A DNA stretch of 50,635 bases, taken from contig CAUZEQ010000001.1 in the NCBI GenBank assembly GCA_963578885.1, positions 1-50,635 on the forward strand, read 5' to 3'. This DNA is from Planctomycetota bacterium. GTDB taxonomy: Bacteria > Planctomycetota > Planctomycetia > Planctomycetales > Planctomycetaceae. The notes under the pieces were generated by a model that saw nothing but the letters and a program-made list of their open reading frames with translations, searched no databases and was not told the DNA's origin. The position numbers and the translations under genes were made by a program. Within the stretch, counting starts at the first letter, position 1. Each line of letters begins with the position of its first letter. Shown here in pieces: positions 25,152 to 32,928 of the stretch.

Positions 25152-27241
25152 TTGTCCAGCTCCGCCAACCGCTTCGCCGCCGCCTTCCTGGCCTTCTTCA
25201 ACACTGCTTCGATCGACACCGGCTTCCCCTTCTGCCGCTTGCTCTCGTCGGCCGCCTCCATGAAGGCATAGATCTCGATCGTCTCCCGCTCGGGGATCGA
25301 CGACTTGCGGGTGCGGAAGAACCGCACGATGTCGACCACCAGCGGCTGGTAGCCGTCATACTTCCCAACCGGCGAGGTGCCCTTGGTGCCGGTAGCAGTA
25401 CCGCCATAGCCCTTGCCAGGCCGCAACCCGACGAAGGTACCCAAGCGGCCACCCTTCCAGGTCCCCTTCACCACGTCCTTGCCCGCGGTGCTCTCGGCTC
25501 GGACCACCGTTTCACATCCCGCTCCCATCACGGTGAACAGCGACTCGACGCCGTGGATGCCGTACCAGAACAGGTCGGGGTGAGTCTTCTCGAGACTGCA
25601 GGGGCTGGTGGTTTCGCAGCGGGTCACCTTGCCGATGCTGCCGCCTCGCACGGCCTGAGTCGTCTTGCCGTAACGGAGCGAGGAGGAGCTGAAGATGGGG
25701 GTCTTGTACTTTCGAGCCGCCTGGAAGATCGCCACGGCATCGGCGAGGCTGCCGGCGATCGGCTTGTCGATGAACGTCGGCTTGCCCGCCTTCAAGACCG
25801 GCAGGATCTGCTCCAGATGCGGCCGACCGTCGTTGGTTTCCAGCAACACGACGTCGACCCTCTTGATCAGCTCGGGGATCGAATCGACGATCTCCACGCC
25901 CAGCTCCCTGATCTGCTTCGTGTAGGCAGGCACCCGCTTGGTGCTCGATTCGATGTCCGGGCTGCCCTTGGGATAGGCCGCCACGACACGGCAGCCGGCC
26001 AACTCGGGAGCAACTTTCTCGGCGTTGAGAATTCTGGTAAAGGCGAGCACGTGCGAGGTGTCCAGCCCGATGATCCCGGCCCGCAACATCTTCGGCTTCT
26101 TCTTGGCTGCCACGGTTACAGTCGCCGTGGCCGTAGCGGCTGCTGCAGCCGGTTTTCCGGAAGCGGGGGCCAGTGCCGAGAGGTCCCAGACGCAGACGGT
26201 CTTGTCGTAGCTGGTCGAGAACAGGACACGTCCGTCCGGCGAGATGGCGATGTCGGTGACTCGGGCGGAGTGGTCGCCGATCGTGGCCAGTTCTTCGCCG
26301 TCGCGGGGTGTCCAGATCTTGATCTCGTTCTTCCCCTTGGCCCGGCCGCCACTGCCGGTGACAACAAAGCGGCCATCGGGGCTGAACAGGGCCGAGGTGG
26401 TGGGCCGACCGTGTCCGCCGAAGAAGCCCAGGGGCTTGTCCTTACCCAGCTCATACACGTTCACCTTCTCGTCGAAGCTGGTCGTGACCATCAGCTTTCC
26501 GTCGGGAGAAAACGCAGCGGCGGTGGCCGCCTTCTTGTGGTCGGTCAACTTCGAGAGCTGCTTGCCGCTGGCCGTGTCCCAGGTAATCACCTCACCAGGC
26601 TTGGTGTTCCGGGTCTCGTCGCCGGCGGCCGAGACCACCTGGCGGCCGTCGGGTGAAAAGATGACGTCCTGGACCGGGTAGCTGTGGCCTTCGAGGACCC
26701 GGACCGGCGAGCCATCGGCGGCCTTCCAGATATGAACGGTCTCGTCATCGCTGGAGGTGGCCAGCAGTCGGCCATCGGGCGAGAAGGCAACTCCGGTGAC
26801 CTGGCCGCGTTGTCCCTTGAGTGATCGAATCAGCTTTCCGGTGGCGGTCTCGATCAGAAACGTCCGCTGGTATCCCGCGGCCGCCAGCGACTTGCCATCG
26901 GGCGAATAGGCCAGGTCGCGGACGTATCCATCGGCGAGCTTGATGGTGGCCAGGGGCTTGCGATCGGAGGTGTTCCATCGGCGGATCTGGCCGTAGGACC
27001 CGGCGGCAAACTGCTTGCCATCGGGCGAGACGGCGACGCTGGTGGCCCAGTCCTTGAAGCCGGCCAATCGAGCGACGAGCTTGACCTTCGAGGCCTTCTT
27101 GATCCCGGCACCGGCCTTCGCGGCAGGCTTCTCGACCTTCCTCTGGCCCGGTTGCCGAATCTCATCGGCCAGTGCCGCCATCGCCAAAACGGCCACGCAG
27201 AGCAGGACCACCGGGCGAACCAACCGAAAGGTACGAGACAT
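25148..27241 (-). CDS. Exported fusion protein: 7-bladed WD40 propeller followed by a Gfo/Idh/MocA-type oxidoreductase domain
   Basis: Has a signal or anchor sequence (MSRTFRLVRPVVLLCVAVLAMAALA) and seven SPDG(K/R)-type WD40 blades. An Ala/Thr linker (AAAAATATATVTVAAKKK) precedes RAGIIGLDTSHVLAFTRILN...VVLLETNDGRPHLEQ...GKPTFIDKP, a Rossmann domain of the Gfo/Idh/MocA type. Start moved to ATG 27241; the track start at 27595 adds 118 implausible residues. Confidence 0.8.
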   Translation of the reverse strand: MSRTFRLVRPVVLLCVAVLAMAALADEIRQPGQRKVEKPAAKAGAGIKKASKVKLVARLAGFKDWATSVAVSPDGKQFAAGSYGQIRRWNTSDRKPLATIKLADGYVRDLAYSPDGKSLAAAGYQRTFLIETATGKLIRSLKGQRGQVTGVAFSPDGRLLATSSDDETVHIWKAADGSPVRVLEGHSYPVQDVIFSPDGRQVVSAAGDETRNTKPGEVITWDTASGKQLSKLTDHKKAATAAAFSPDGKLMVTTSFDEKVNVYELGKDKPLGFFGGHGRPTTSALFSPDGRFVVTGSGGRAKGKNEIKIWTPRDGEELATIGDHSARVTDIAISPDGRVLFSTSYDKTVCVWDLSALAPASGKPAAAAATATATVTVAAKKKPKMLRAGIIGLDTSHVLAFTRILNAEKVAPELAGCRVVAAYPKGSPDIESSTKRVPAYTKQIRELGVEIVDSIPELIKRVDVVLLETNDGRPHLEQILPVLKAGKPTFIDKPIAGSLADAVAIFQAARKYKTPIFSSSSLRYGKTTQAVRGGSIGKVTRCETTSPCSLEKTHPDLFWYGIHGVESLFTVMGAGCETVVRAESTAGKDVVKGTWKGGRLGTFVGLRPGKGYGGTATGTKGTSPVGKYDGYQPLVVDIVRFFRTRKSSIPERETIEIYAFMEAADESKRQKGKPVSIEAVLKKARKAAAKRLAELDK

Positions 27242-27359
27242 CAGGAGACTCCAGGAGACAGAACACGTCTCTGCGAAGTATCCCATGGCGATGACGGCAT
27301 GTCGACTGGTCGGTGACCGACAGCCCAACGGCCGACCCCCCGTCAAATCCAGACCCATT

Positions 27360-27384
27360 GTCATTCCGAGCGAAGCGAGGAATC
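27360..27384. repeat. Short imperfect hairpin element GTCATTCCGAGCGAAGCGAGGAATC
   Basis: The ATTCC/GGAAT termini pair around a GC-rich core. It translates as IPSEARNL in one frame, a signature I have seen in repeat-derived hypothetical proteins. There is only one copy in this window. Confidence 0.4.
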
Positions 27385-27696
27385 TCAGCCGAGCTCCAAT
27401 CCGACGGGTCTCGAGCGAGCCTTTGAGTCGACTCTCGCTCCGTTCAACAGCAAGATGGAGATTGGGGACAATCACCGGACAGCCAACCCGGTCGATTCGC
27501 AGAGTTTTTCCGGGATTTCGATCTTCGATTGAGGCGACCCTCGATGAACACATCCGGCAGCGATGCCCCTGCCGCGGTCGAAAACCCCACGCCACCCGAT
27601 GACAGGCCGGTCACGTCACCCGAACCCGCCCCGACACCGGACAGCCCGTAGTTGGCCGGGCATCCGAGCTGCTCTTCCCACGAACACCACGCGGTC

Positions 27697-27864
27697 ATGC
27701 CCATCAAACTGAAGTGCCCCAAGTGCGGCGAGTCGTACAAGGTGGCCGACGACCGGGCCGGGCAGTCGTTTCGGTGTCGCCAGTGCCAGGGCCCGGTGAA
27801 GGTGCCCGTCGACATGTTCGTGGCGGGGGGAATCGCCGCGGGGCTGGACGCCCGGTTGATGTAG
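27697..27864 (+). CDS. Small zinc-ribbon protein (CPKC...CRQC), 55 aa, possibly the 5' part of a disrupted gene
   Basis: The translation begins MPIKLKCPKCGESYKVADDRAGQSFRCRQCQGPVKVP, with two CxxC pairs. It ends at TAG 27862-27864. The same frame stays open into the next ORF. Confidence 0.35.
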   Translation: MPIKLKCPKCGESYKVADDRAGQSFRCRQCQGPVKVPVDMFVAGGIAAGLDARLM

Positions 27865-27903
27865 GCGGGGCTTGCTTGTCGACGGGCGGCCTGCGGCTGT
27901 ACT

Positions 27904-28143
27904 TTGGATCCCGTTGCGGCACTCAACTCAGACCCGGTTGCCGGATTCCGCTCATGTCGTCTCTTCAACTGGCGCGACGAAGAGCCGCAACCGCCCAAGG
28001 ACTTCCAACTCTCGATCGACGACATGTTCGAGGGCGTGGTGATGAGAATGCTGGCCAAGCGACCCGAGGACCGCTTCCAGGAACCCGCCGACATGGTCCA
28101 GGAACTCGAACGCATTGCCAAGTTCCAGAACCTCGAGGTCTGA
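27904..28143 (+). pseudogene. Ser/Thr kinase C-terminal tail fragment (subdomain XI-like), no kinase core
   Basis: VVMRMLAKRPEDRFQEPADMVQELERI matches the typical ...L.K.PedRf.s..el...L end of Hanks kinase domains, but no upstream kinase motifs are present. It is in the same frame as 27697-27864, and a single TAG separates the two. Confidence 0.35.
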
Positions 28144-28157
28144 GCACACCGGCCGCC

Positions 28158-29276
28158 CTACACCTCCACCCGCGCCCAGTGCACGCTCAGGCACGATTCG
28201 TCGGCACCGGCGTAGTAGGCCAGCAACAGCGAACCGTCGCCCAGCACCGCCGCGGTCGGGTGCCCGAAACTCCAGGTGCCCATCGCGTCCCAGAACTCGT
28301 CGTAGGTCGTCTCGTCCGAGATGCCCTGCTCGCCCGGGCCGCTGCTCGAATAGACCACCAGCTCGTTCTCGACATCCCACGTCAGCCCTTCATCGGCCGA
28401 CCCGATCAGCCTCAGTGAACCGGGTTCGTGGCGGTGAACGTAGAACGCCAGCAACCGACCGTCCTGTAGCGGAATCGGCATCGCGATCTGGCCGACCAGG
28501 CCCATCGATCGAGGCGTCTGCCAGGTCAGAGTCTCGGCATCTCCCCACGCCACGTGCATTTCGATGTCCGACTCGGCCCGGTTGTCGTACGTCCAGTACA
28601 ACGCCACCGGACGACCCGTCCGCGGGCACACCTTCTGACGCTGGTCGTAGAAGAAGATGTCAGGGTCCTCATCCACCACGTCCACCATCGCCTCGAACGT
28701 CTCGCCATCAGCACTGAAGTGAGCGTACGCTCCGTGGAATCGTTCGCGATCGGGTGTCCCCGGGTGCGAGAACTCGCTGGTCGCCAGCCAGCCGCGGCCC
28801 GGCAGCCGCATCACCGGTCCGCTGAGCACAGCGTCACGCTTCAGCACACGCCGCTCACCCCACGTGCGACCGCCGTCACTCGAATAGTCCTGCAGGATGT
28901 GCATCGACGGCATCGAATCGGTCTCGGCGTCCCGCAACACTCCGCTGCCACCGGATCGGTCGACCCAGCCCTCCACGGCCAGCAATCGCCCGTCGTCCAA
29001 CTCGGCCAACTCCGTCGAACGGATCTCGCCGGAAAGACCCTCGAATGTCGTCTCGAACCCCTCGCTGATCACCGACCAGTTGGCACCCTCATCGGTCGAT
29101 TCACATACGATGATGTTGCCGTCGGCCGAGTCCTTGGCCGAGCCGCGGCGGAACGAGGCGAGTAGCGTGCCGCTGCTCAGACGCAGCAGCGACGTGAACG
29201 AGCAGACCCGCAGAGGGCCCTCGACGGAGGAGGCATCAAAGATCACGCCGCGATCGATAATCTGCATATTTGACAT
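28158..29276 (-). CDS. BNR/Asp-box repeat protein (sialidase-like beta-propeller), no signal peptide
   Basis: Three Asp-box motifs of the SxDxGxTW type are present: STDEGANWS, SSDGGRTWG and SADEGLTWD. Start moved to ATG 29276 (MSNMQIIDRG). The track start at 29411 reads through a family-C repeat (PGLRHDVRLRR). Confidence 0.72.
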   Translation of the reverse strand: MSNMQIIDRGVIFDASSVEGPLRVCSFTSLLRLSSGTLLASFRRGSAKDSADGNIIVCESTDEGANWSVISEGFETTFEGLSGEIRSTELAELDDGRLLAVEGWVDRSGGSGVLRDAETDSMPSMHILQDYSSDGGRTWGERRVLKRDAVLSGPVMRLPGRGWLATSEFSHPGTPDRERFHGAYAHFSADGETFEAMVDVVDEDPDIFFYDQRQKVCPRTGRPVALYWTYDNRAESDIEMHVAWGDAETLTWQTPRSMGLVGQIAMPIPLQDGRLLAFYVHRHEPGSLRLIGSADEGLTWDVENELVVYSSSGPGEQGISDETTYDEFWDAMGTWSFGHPTAAVLGDGSLLLAYYAGADESCLSVHWARVEV

Positions 29277-29344
29277 CTCATAGAACCGAACAGGCAAACA
29301 GCCGCACCGCTCTCTCGCCTCCATCTCCAGCCGAGTTCGCCGGA

Positions 29345-29383
29345 GGCGGACGTCATGTCTTAGCCCGGGGTGTAAACCCCGGG
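29345..29383 (+). repeat. GC-rich repeat, family C (…CATGTCTTAGCCCGGGGTGTAAACCCCGGG), left arm
   Basis: This is an inverted partner of 29545-29587. The shared core is GGCGGACG..CATGTCTTAGCCCGGGGTGTAAACCCCGGG. Confidence 0.85.
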
Positions 29384-29544
29384 ACCACGGCGCTGTCCAC
29401 ATCATTCTCACTCTCCTCCCTTCAATAGCAAAGCCCCCGCCGCAGGTGGGGGCGGCACAAGACGGAATCCCGAGCGTGTGTCGCCCTCACCTTCGGCGAG
29501 GGCTTGGTTGTTTGGAGAGCGGGTTGGGGTCGCCTCGGGTGAAC

Positions 29545-29587
29545 CCCGGGGTTTACACCCCGGGCTAAGACATGCCGCCCGTCCGCC
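29545..29587 (-). repeat. GC-rich repeat, family C, right arm (inverted)
   Basis: CCCGGGGTTTACACCCCGGGCTAAGACATGCCGCCCGTCCGCC is the reverse complement of the left arm apart from a small indel. It is followed by the CCGCCTGCGGCGG module shared with family A. Confidence 0.85.
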
Positions 29588-29677
29588 TGCGGCGGAGCGG
29601 GCTGTGCCACTGCGGGCATCCTGCCTCGACGCCATCCACAGCCTTCGGGCTGCCAGATGTCCGTCATCGTCATACGC

Positions 29678-30487
29678 TCACCAGTGCATCACAAAACCGC
29701 CATCGACGTTGATTGTCTGACCGGTGACATTGTGAGCCCGCTTCGAGGACAGGAACACGGCCATGTCGGCCACGTCTTCGGGCTGCTGCCATCGACCCAG
29801 CGGTACCACCCCGGCAATCTTCTCCGCCGCCCACTCGTGGTAGTCCTGCTTCGCCTCATCCGGCTGCCGATCGTTCCACGCCTGCCAGACTCCACGATTC
29901 AGCGGTGTCTCGATCATCCCCGGACAGATCGTGTTCACGCGGATCCCGTGCCCGGCCAGGTCCCTGGCCACGCACTGGGCGAAGTTGATGTTGGCCGCCT
30001 TCGCCGCGCTGTAGGGCGGATCACTCTGAGACCCGAACTGGCCCGCCACGCTCCCCAGGAAGACCATCGTCCCCGACTCCCGCTCGACCATCCCCGGGGC
30101 CACCGCATGAGCCACCCGCACCATGCCCATGATGTTCACCTCCAGCGTCCGCGACCAATCACCAGGCTGCAGGTTGGTGAACGGATACCCGAAGTGACCC
30201 GAACCGATCGCGGCACAGTGGACCAGGTGGTCAATCGGGCCCAGGGACTCGATGGTCTGCTGAAGGGCTGCGGAAATCGAGTCGTCGTCGGTCACGTCGA
30301 CACCGATACCGATCACCGTCGGGCCGCCTCCGGCCGCCAGCTCATCGGCGGTCGTCTGCACCGTATCGGAAATGTCCCAGATCGCCACCACGGCACCCTC
30401 GGACAAGAACCCGGCCGCAACGGCCCGGCCGATGCCGCTGGCTCCACCGGTGACCACCGCGACGTGGCTGGAGAGGGCGAGGTCCAT
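29678..30487 (-). CDS. Short-chain dehydrogenase/reductase (SDR) family oxidoreductase
   Basis: Has the cofactor motif VAVVTGGASGIGRAV and the catalytic YSAAKAA (YxxxK). NAIG-like and PGMIETP blocks are also present. Start chosen at ATG 30487, with 30523 as an alternative. Confidence 0.88.
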   Translation of the reverse strand: MDLALSSHVAVVTGGASGIGRAVAAGFLSEGAVVAIWDISDTVQTTADELAAGGGPTVIGIGVDVTDDDSISAALQQTIESLGPIDHLVHCAAIGSGHFGYPFTNLQPGDWSRTLEVNIMGMVRVAHAVAPGMVERESGTMVFLGSVAGQFGSQSDPPYSAAKAANINFAQCVARDLAGHGIRVNTICPGMIETPLNRGVWQAWNDRQPDEAKQDYHEWAAEKIAGVVPLGRWQQPEDVADMAVFLSSKRAHNVTGQTINVDGGFVMHW

Positions 30488-30666
30488 TGCTGATCGGTTC
30501 CGTGATTGGGACGGATGCGCCATTGTCGAAGACCAGCAGAACGAGGCAAGCGTGGACCGGGAACAGGCACACCCCTCCTTCGGCGGGGCAAGCCGGTCCC
30601 TGGGGTTGAACGAATTCAGCTACAATCGCCCAAACCCGAACAGCACCCTCAACAAGACCACCCGCC

Positions 30667-31488
30667 ATGCAACTTGGCCTGATCAACTCCGCCTGGGCCC
30701 AGGCCGGTCGTGACACGACCTGGGGCATCCACAAGACCGCCGAACTCGGATTCGACTCGATCGATATCTTTACCGACCCGCTCGACATCGACATCCAGGA
30801 ACGACGGCTGATCAAGACCGAATGCGACAAGGCCGGACTGCCCATCGTCTCGATCTGCTGTGTCGCCGTTGGACTCATCGATTTCAACCCCTCGGTCCAA
30901 CGCTTTCACATGGACCGCTGCCACGCGTTCCTGGACCTCTGCTACGAATACGACGCTGACAACCTGCTGCTGGTCCTGGGCGAGTACATCTGGAACCAGG
31001 AAGTGATCCCGCCGGACGAGCAGTGGCAGGTCGGAGTCGAGAACTGCCGGCAGCTGGCCGAGTATGCCGAGAGCCTGGATCTGAAGATCGCCCTGGAACT
31101 CGAACCGTTCCCGCTGTCGCTGCTGGGCAACATCCACAACATGGTCCGCTTCATCGACGACGTCGATCACCCGGCCCTGCAGGCCAACATCGACGTCTCA
31201 CACCTGCTGCTGGCCGACGTGCCGGCCGAGCAACTGCAACTGCTGCAGGGCAAGGCCATCCACGTCCACATCTCCGATTGCGACGGTAAGGTCCACGGCG
31301 ACCTGCCACCGGGACGTGGAGTCGTCGACTTTGGGCCGTATCTCGAGGAGATCGCCAAGCTGAAAATCGACGGGGCGGTGTCGATCGAGCTCGAGTATTC
31401 TCCGGAGCCGGCGAAGATCGAGGAGTGGGTCCGGGAGGCGTACGAGTCGACCGACCGGCTGATGCAGGCAGCAGGTTTGCGGGGCTAG
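30667..31488 (+). CDS. Sugar phosphate isomerase/epimerase (xylose-isomerase-like TIM barrel)
   Basis: Shows the AP_endonuc_2-type pattern: GFDSIDIF, LLLVLGEY, IALELEP, ANIDVSHLLL and HVHISD. Confidence 0.78.
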   Translation: MQLGLINSAWAQAGRDTTWGIHKTAELGFDSIDIFTDPLDIDIQERRLIKTECDKAGLPIVSICCVAVGLIDFNPSVQRFHMDRCHAFLDLCYEYDADNLLLVLGEYIWNQEVIPPDEQWQVGVENCRQLAEYAESLDLKIALELEPFPLSLLGNIHNMVRFIDDVDHPALQANIDVSHLLLADVPAEQLQLLQGKAIHVHISDCDGKVHGDLPPGRGVVDFGPYLEEIAKLKIDGAVSIELEYSPEPAKIEEWVREAYESTDRLMQAAGLRG

Positions 31489-31536
31489 TTGTCAACAACC
31501 ACCCCGTCCCCTACGCTCGCCGGTTTGACGCAGCCG

Positions 31537-32826
31537 ATGCCATCACCCCACAAAAGGCCCCTGATGACCGACCTCATCCCCCCCCATGGTGGTCTCTCTG
31601 AACCCGTCTGCCGGATGGTCTCCTCCGAAGAAGCCGAATCGTTCACCGCCGAAGCTGCCAGCCTGCCCGTGCTGAGCGTCAGCACCGCCGACCTCTCGAC
31701 CGTCTACCGAATCGGCGACGGTACGCTCAGCCCGCTCGTCGGACCCATGAACGAGGACGTCTACAACCGTGTTCTCGATGAACAGGTGATCGAGTCTGAA
31801 GGTGGCCTGTACGCCTGGACGATCCCGTTGTCGCTGCCAGCATCCTCGGACATCGCCGCCGGACTCGAGGTCGGATCATCCGTCGCACTGGCCGGCCCCG
31901 ATGGCCAAGTGGTCGCAACGCTTTGCGTCGAGAGCGTTTTTGAGTGGGACAAGCCCCGCTACATGGCCCGCGTCTACGGCACCGACCGCACCGACCACCC
32001 AGGTGGCGACATGGTCCTGGTCCACGACGCCGACTGCACGCACCAGGTCGGCGGTTCGATCCGAGTCCTGCCAGCAACCCCGAATCCCGACTTCGGCCAG
32101 TACGTGCTCTCGCCACGGCAAGTCCGCGCGATGCTCTCGGAGGTCGGTTGGGACGCCGCCGTCGCCTTCCAGACTCGTAACCCACTGCATCGTGCACACG
32201 AATACGCACTCGTCTACGCGCTCGAATCGCTGCTCAAGGACGGCCGAAACGCCGGTGCCGTGCTCAACCCGCTGATCGGCGAAACCAAGGGCGACGACGT
32301 CAACGCGGCCATTCGCATGCAGACCTACGAACGGCTGATCAGCGATCGAGCGATGGGAGATGGGGACAGCGACGCGGAACTGTGGGGCGATCGAGACGAC
32401 AGTGTTCCTGATCGAGTCCGATTGCTGGGGCTGGATATCAAGATGTTCTACGCAGGCCCCTGCGAAGCAGTGATGCACGCCATCTATCGCCAGAACATGG
32501 GCTACACGCACATCGTGATCGGTCGCAAGCACGCCGATGCCCCGTTCCACGACGGCGACGCCATCTGGGGCGACTTCGATGCCCAGGAGATCTTCGTGAG
32601 CCTGGCCGGCGACCTGCAGATCCAGCCGATCAACGTCGGGTTCGCCGCCTACTACGAATCGCTGGGCCGGGTCGACCTGATGCAGAACCACCCCGACGAA
32701 AAACCCGTGTTCATCTCGGGCAAGGACGTCCGAGCCACGCTGCAGCAGGGCGAGATGGTCGACCCGAGGATCATGCGCGAGAGTACCTCCGAGATCCTCG
32801 CCGCAGCCATGGCAACCGCATCCTAG
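31537..32826 (+). CDS. sat: Sulfate adenylyltransferase (ATP sulfurylase), stand-alone, divergent second motif
   Basis: LIPPHGG lies near the N-terminus and the signature [12 protein letters not shown] is present. The second conserved block reads IGRKHAD rather than the usual GRDHAG. The start is uncertain: ATG 31537 or 31564. The TTG at 31489 in the track abuts the upstream stop. Confidence 0.78.
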   Translation: MPSPHKRPLMTDLIPPHGGLSEPVCRMVSSEEAESFTAEAASLPVLSVSTADLSTVYRIGDGTLSPLVGPMNEDVYNRVLDEQVIESEGGLYAWTIPLSLPASSDIAAGLEVGSSVALAGPDGQVVATLCVESVFEWDKPRYMARVYGTDRTDHPGGDMVLVHDADCTHQVGGSIRVLPATPNPDFGQYVLSPRQVRAMLSEVGWDAAVAFQTRNPLHRAHEYALVYALESLLKDGRNAGAVLNPLIGETKGDDVNAAIRMQTYERLISDRAMGDGDSDAELWGDRDDSVPDRVRLLGLDIKMFYAGPCEAVMHAIYRQNMGYTHIVIGRKHADAPFHDGDAIWGDFDAQEIFVSLAGDLQIQPINVGFAAYYESLGRVDLMQNHPDEKPVFISGKDVRATLQQGEMVDPRIMRESTSEILAAAMATAS

Positions 32827-32832
32827 CGGGCT

Positions 32833-32889
32833 GGGGTCTGACGCCACCGTTGGTCCGCCTGCGGAGGGCCAACGGTGGGGCCTGACCCC
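32833..32889 (+). repeat. GC-rich hairpin repeat, family B variant
   Basis: The sequence is GGGGTCTGACGCCACCGTTGGtccgcctgcggagggCCAACGGTGGGGCCTGACCCC, with a 10-bp perfect inner stem plus a GGGGTC/GACCCC outer stem. It begins 7 nt after the TAG at 32824-32826. Confidence 0.85.
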
Positions 32890-32928
32890 TTCCCGTCAGT
32901 TTCGGTGTAGGGGAAAAGAGACCCAACC

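Noticed and set aside
29277-29411. N-terminal extension of the BNR protein (track start 29411). Analogous extensions occur at 12824-13048, 27242-27595, 35889-36113, 9635-9763 and 18145-18186.
   Set aside because: The extensions read through intergenic hairpin repeats or overlap the neighbouring gene. They lack signal or domain features, and an internal ATG gives a canonical N-terminus (a signal peptide or the family-typical start) in each case.
29408-29720. Small ORFs 29408-29635(-), 29422-29673(-) and 29478-29720(+) in the SDR-BNR gap.
   Set aside because: They are translations of the family-C inverted repeats and GC hairpins (for example GLHPGLRHAARPPAAERA). These are repeat-derived, not genes.
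31489-31536. TTG start at 31489 for sat, immediately abutting the upstream stop.
   Set aside because: This is simply the first start-like codon after the stop. The ATGs at 31537 and 31564 precede the conserved LIPPHGG N-terminus. It is kept as a possibility but not preferred.
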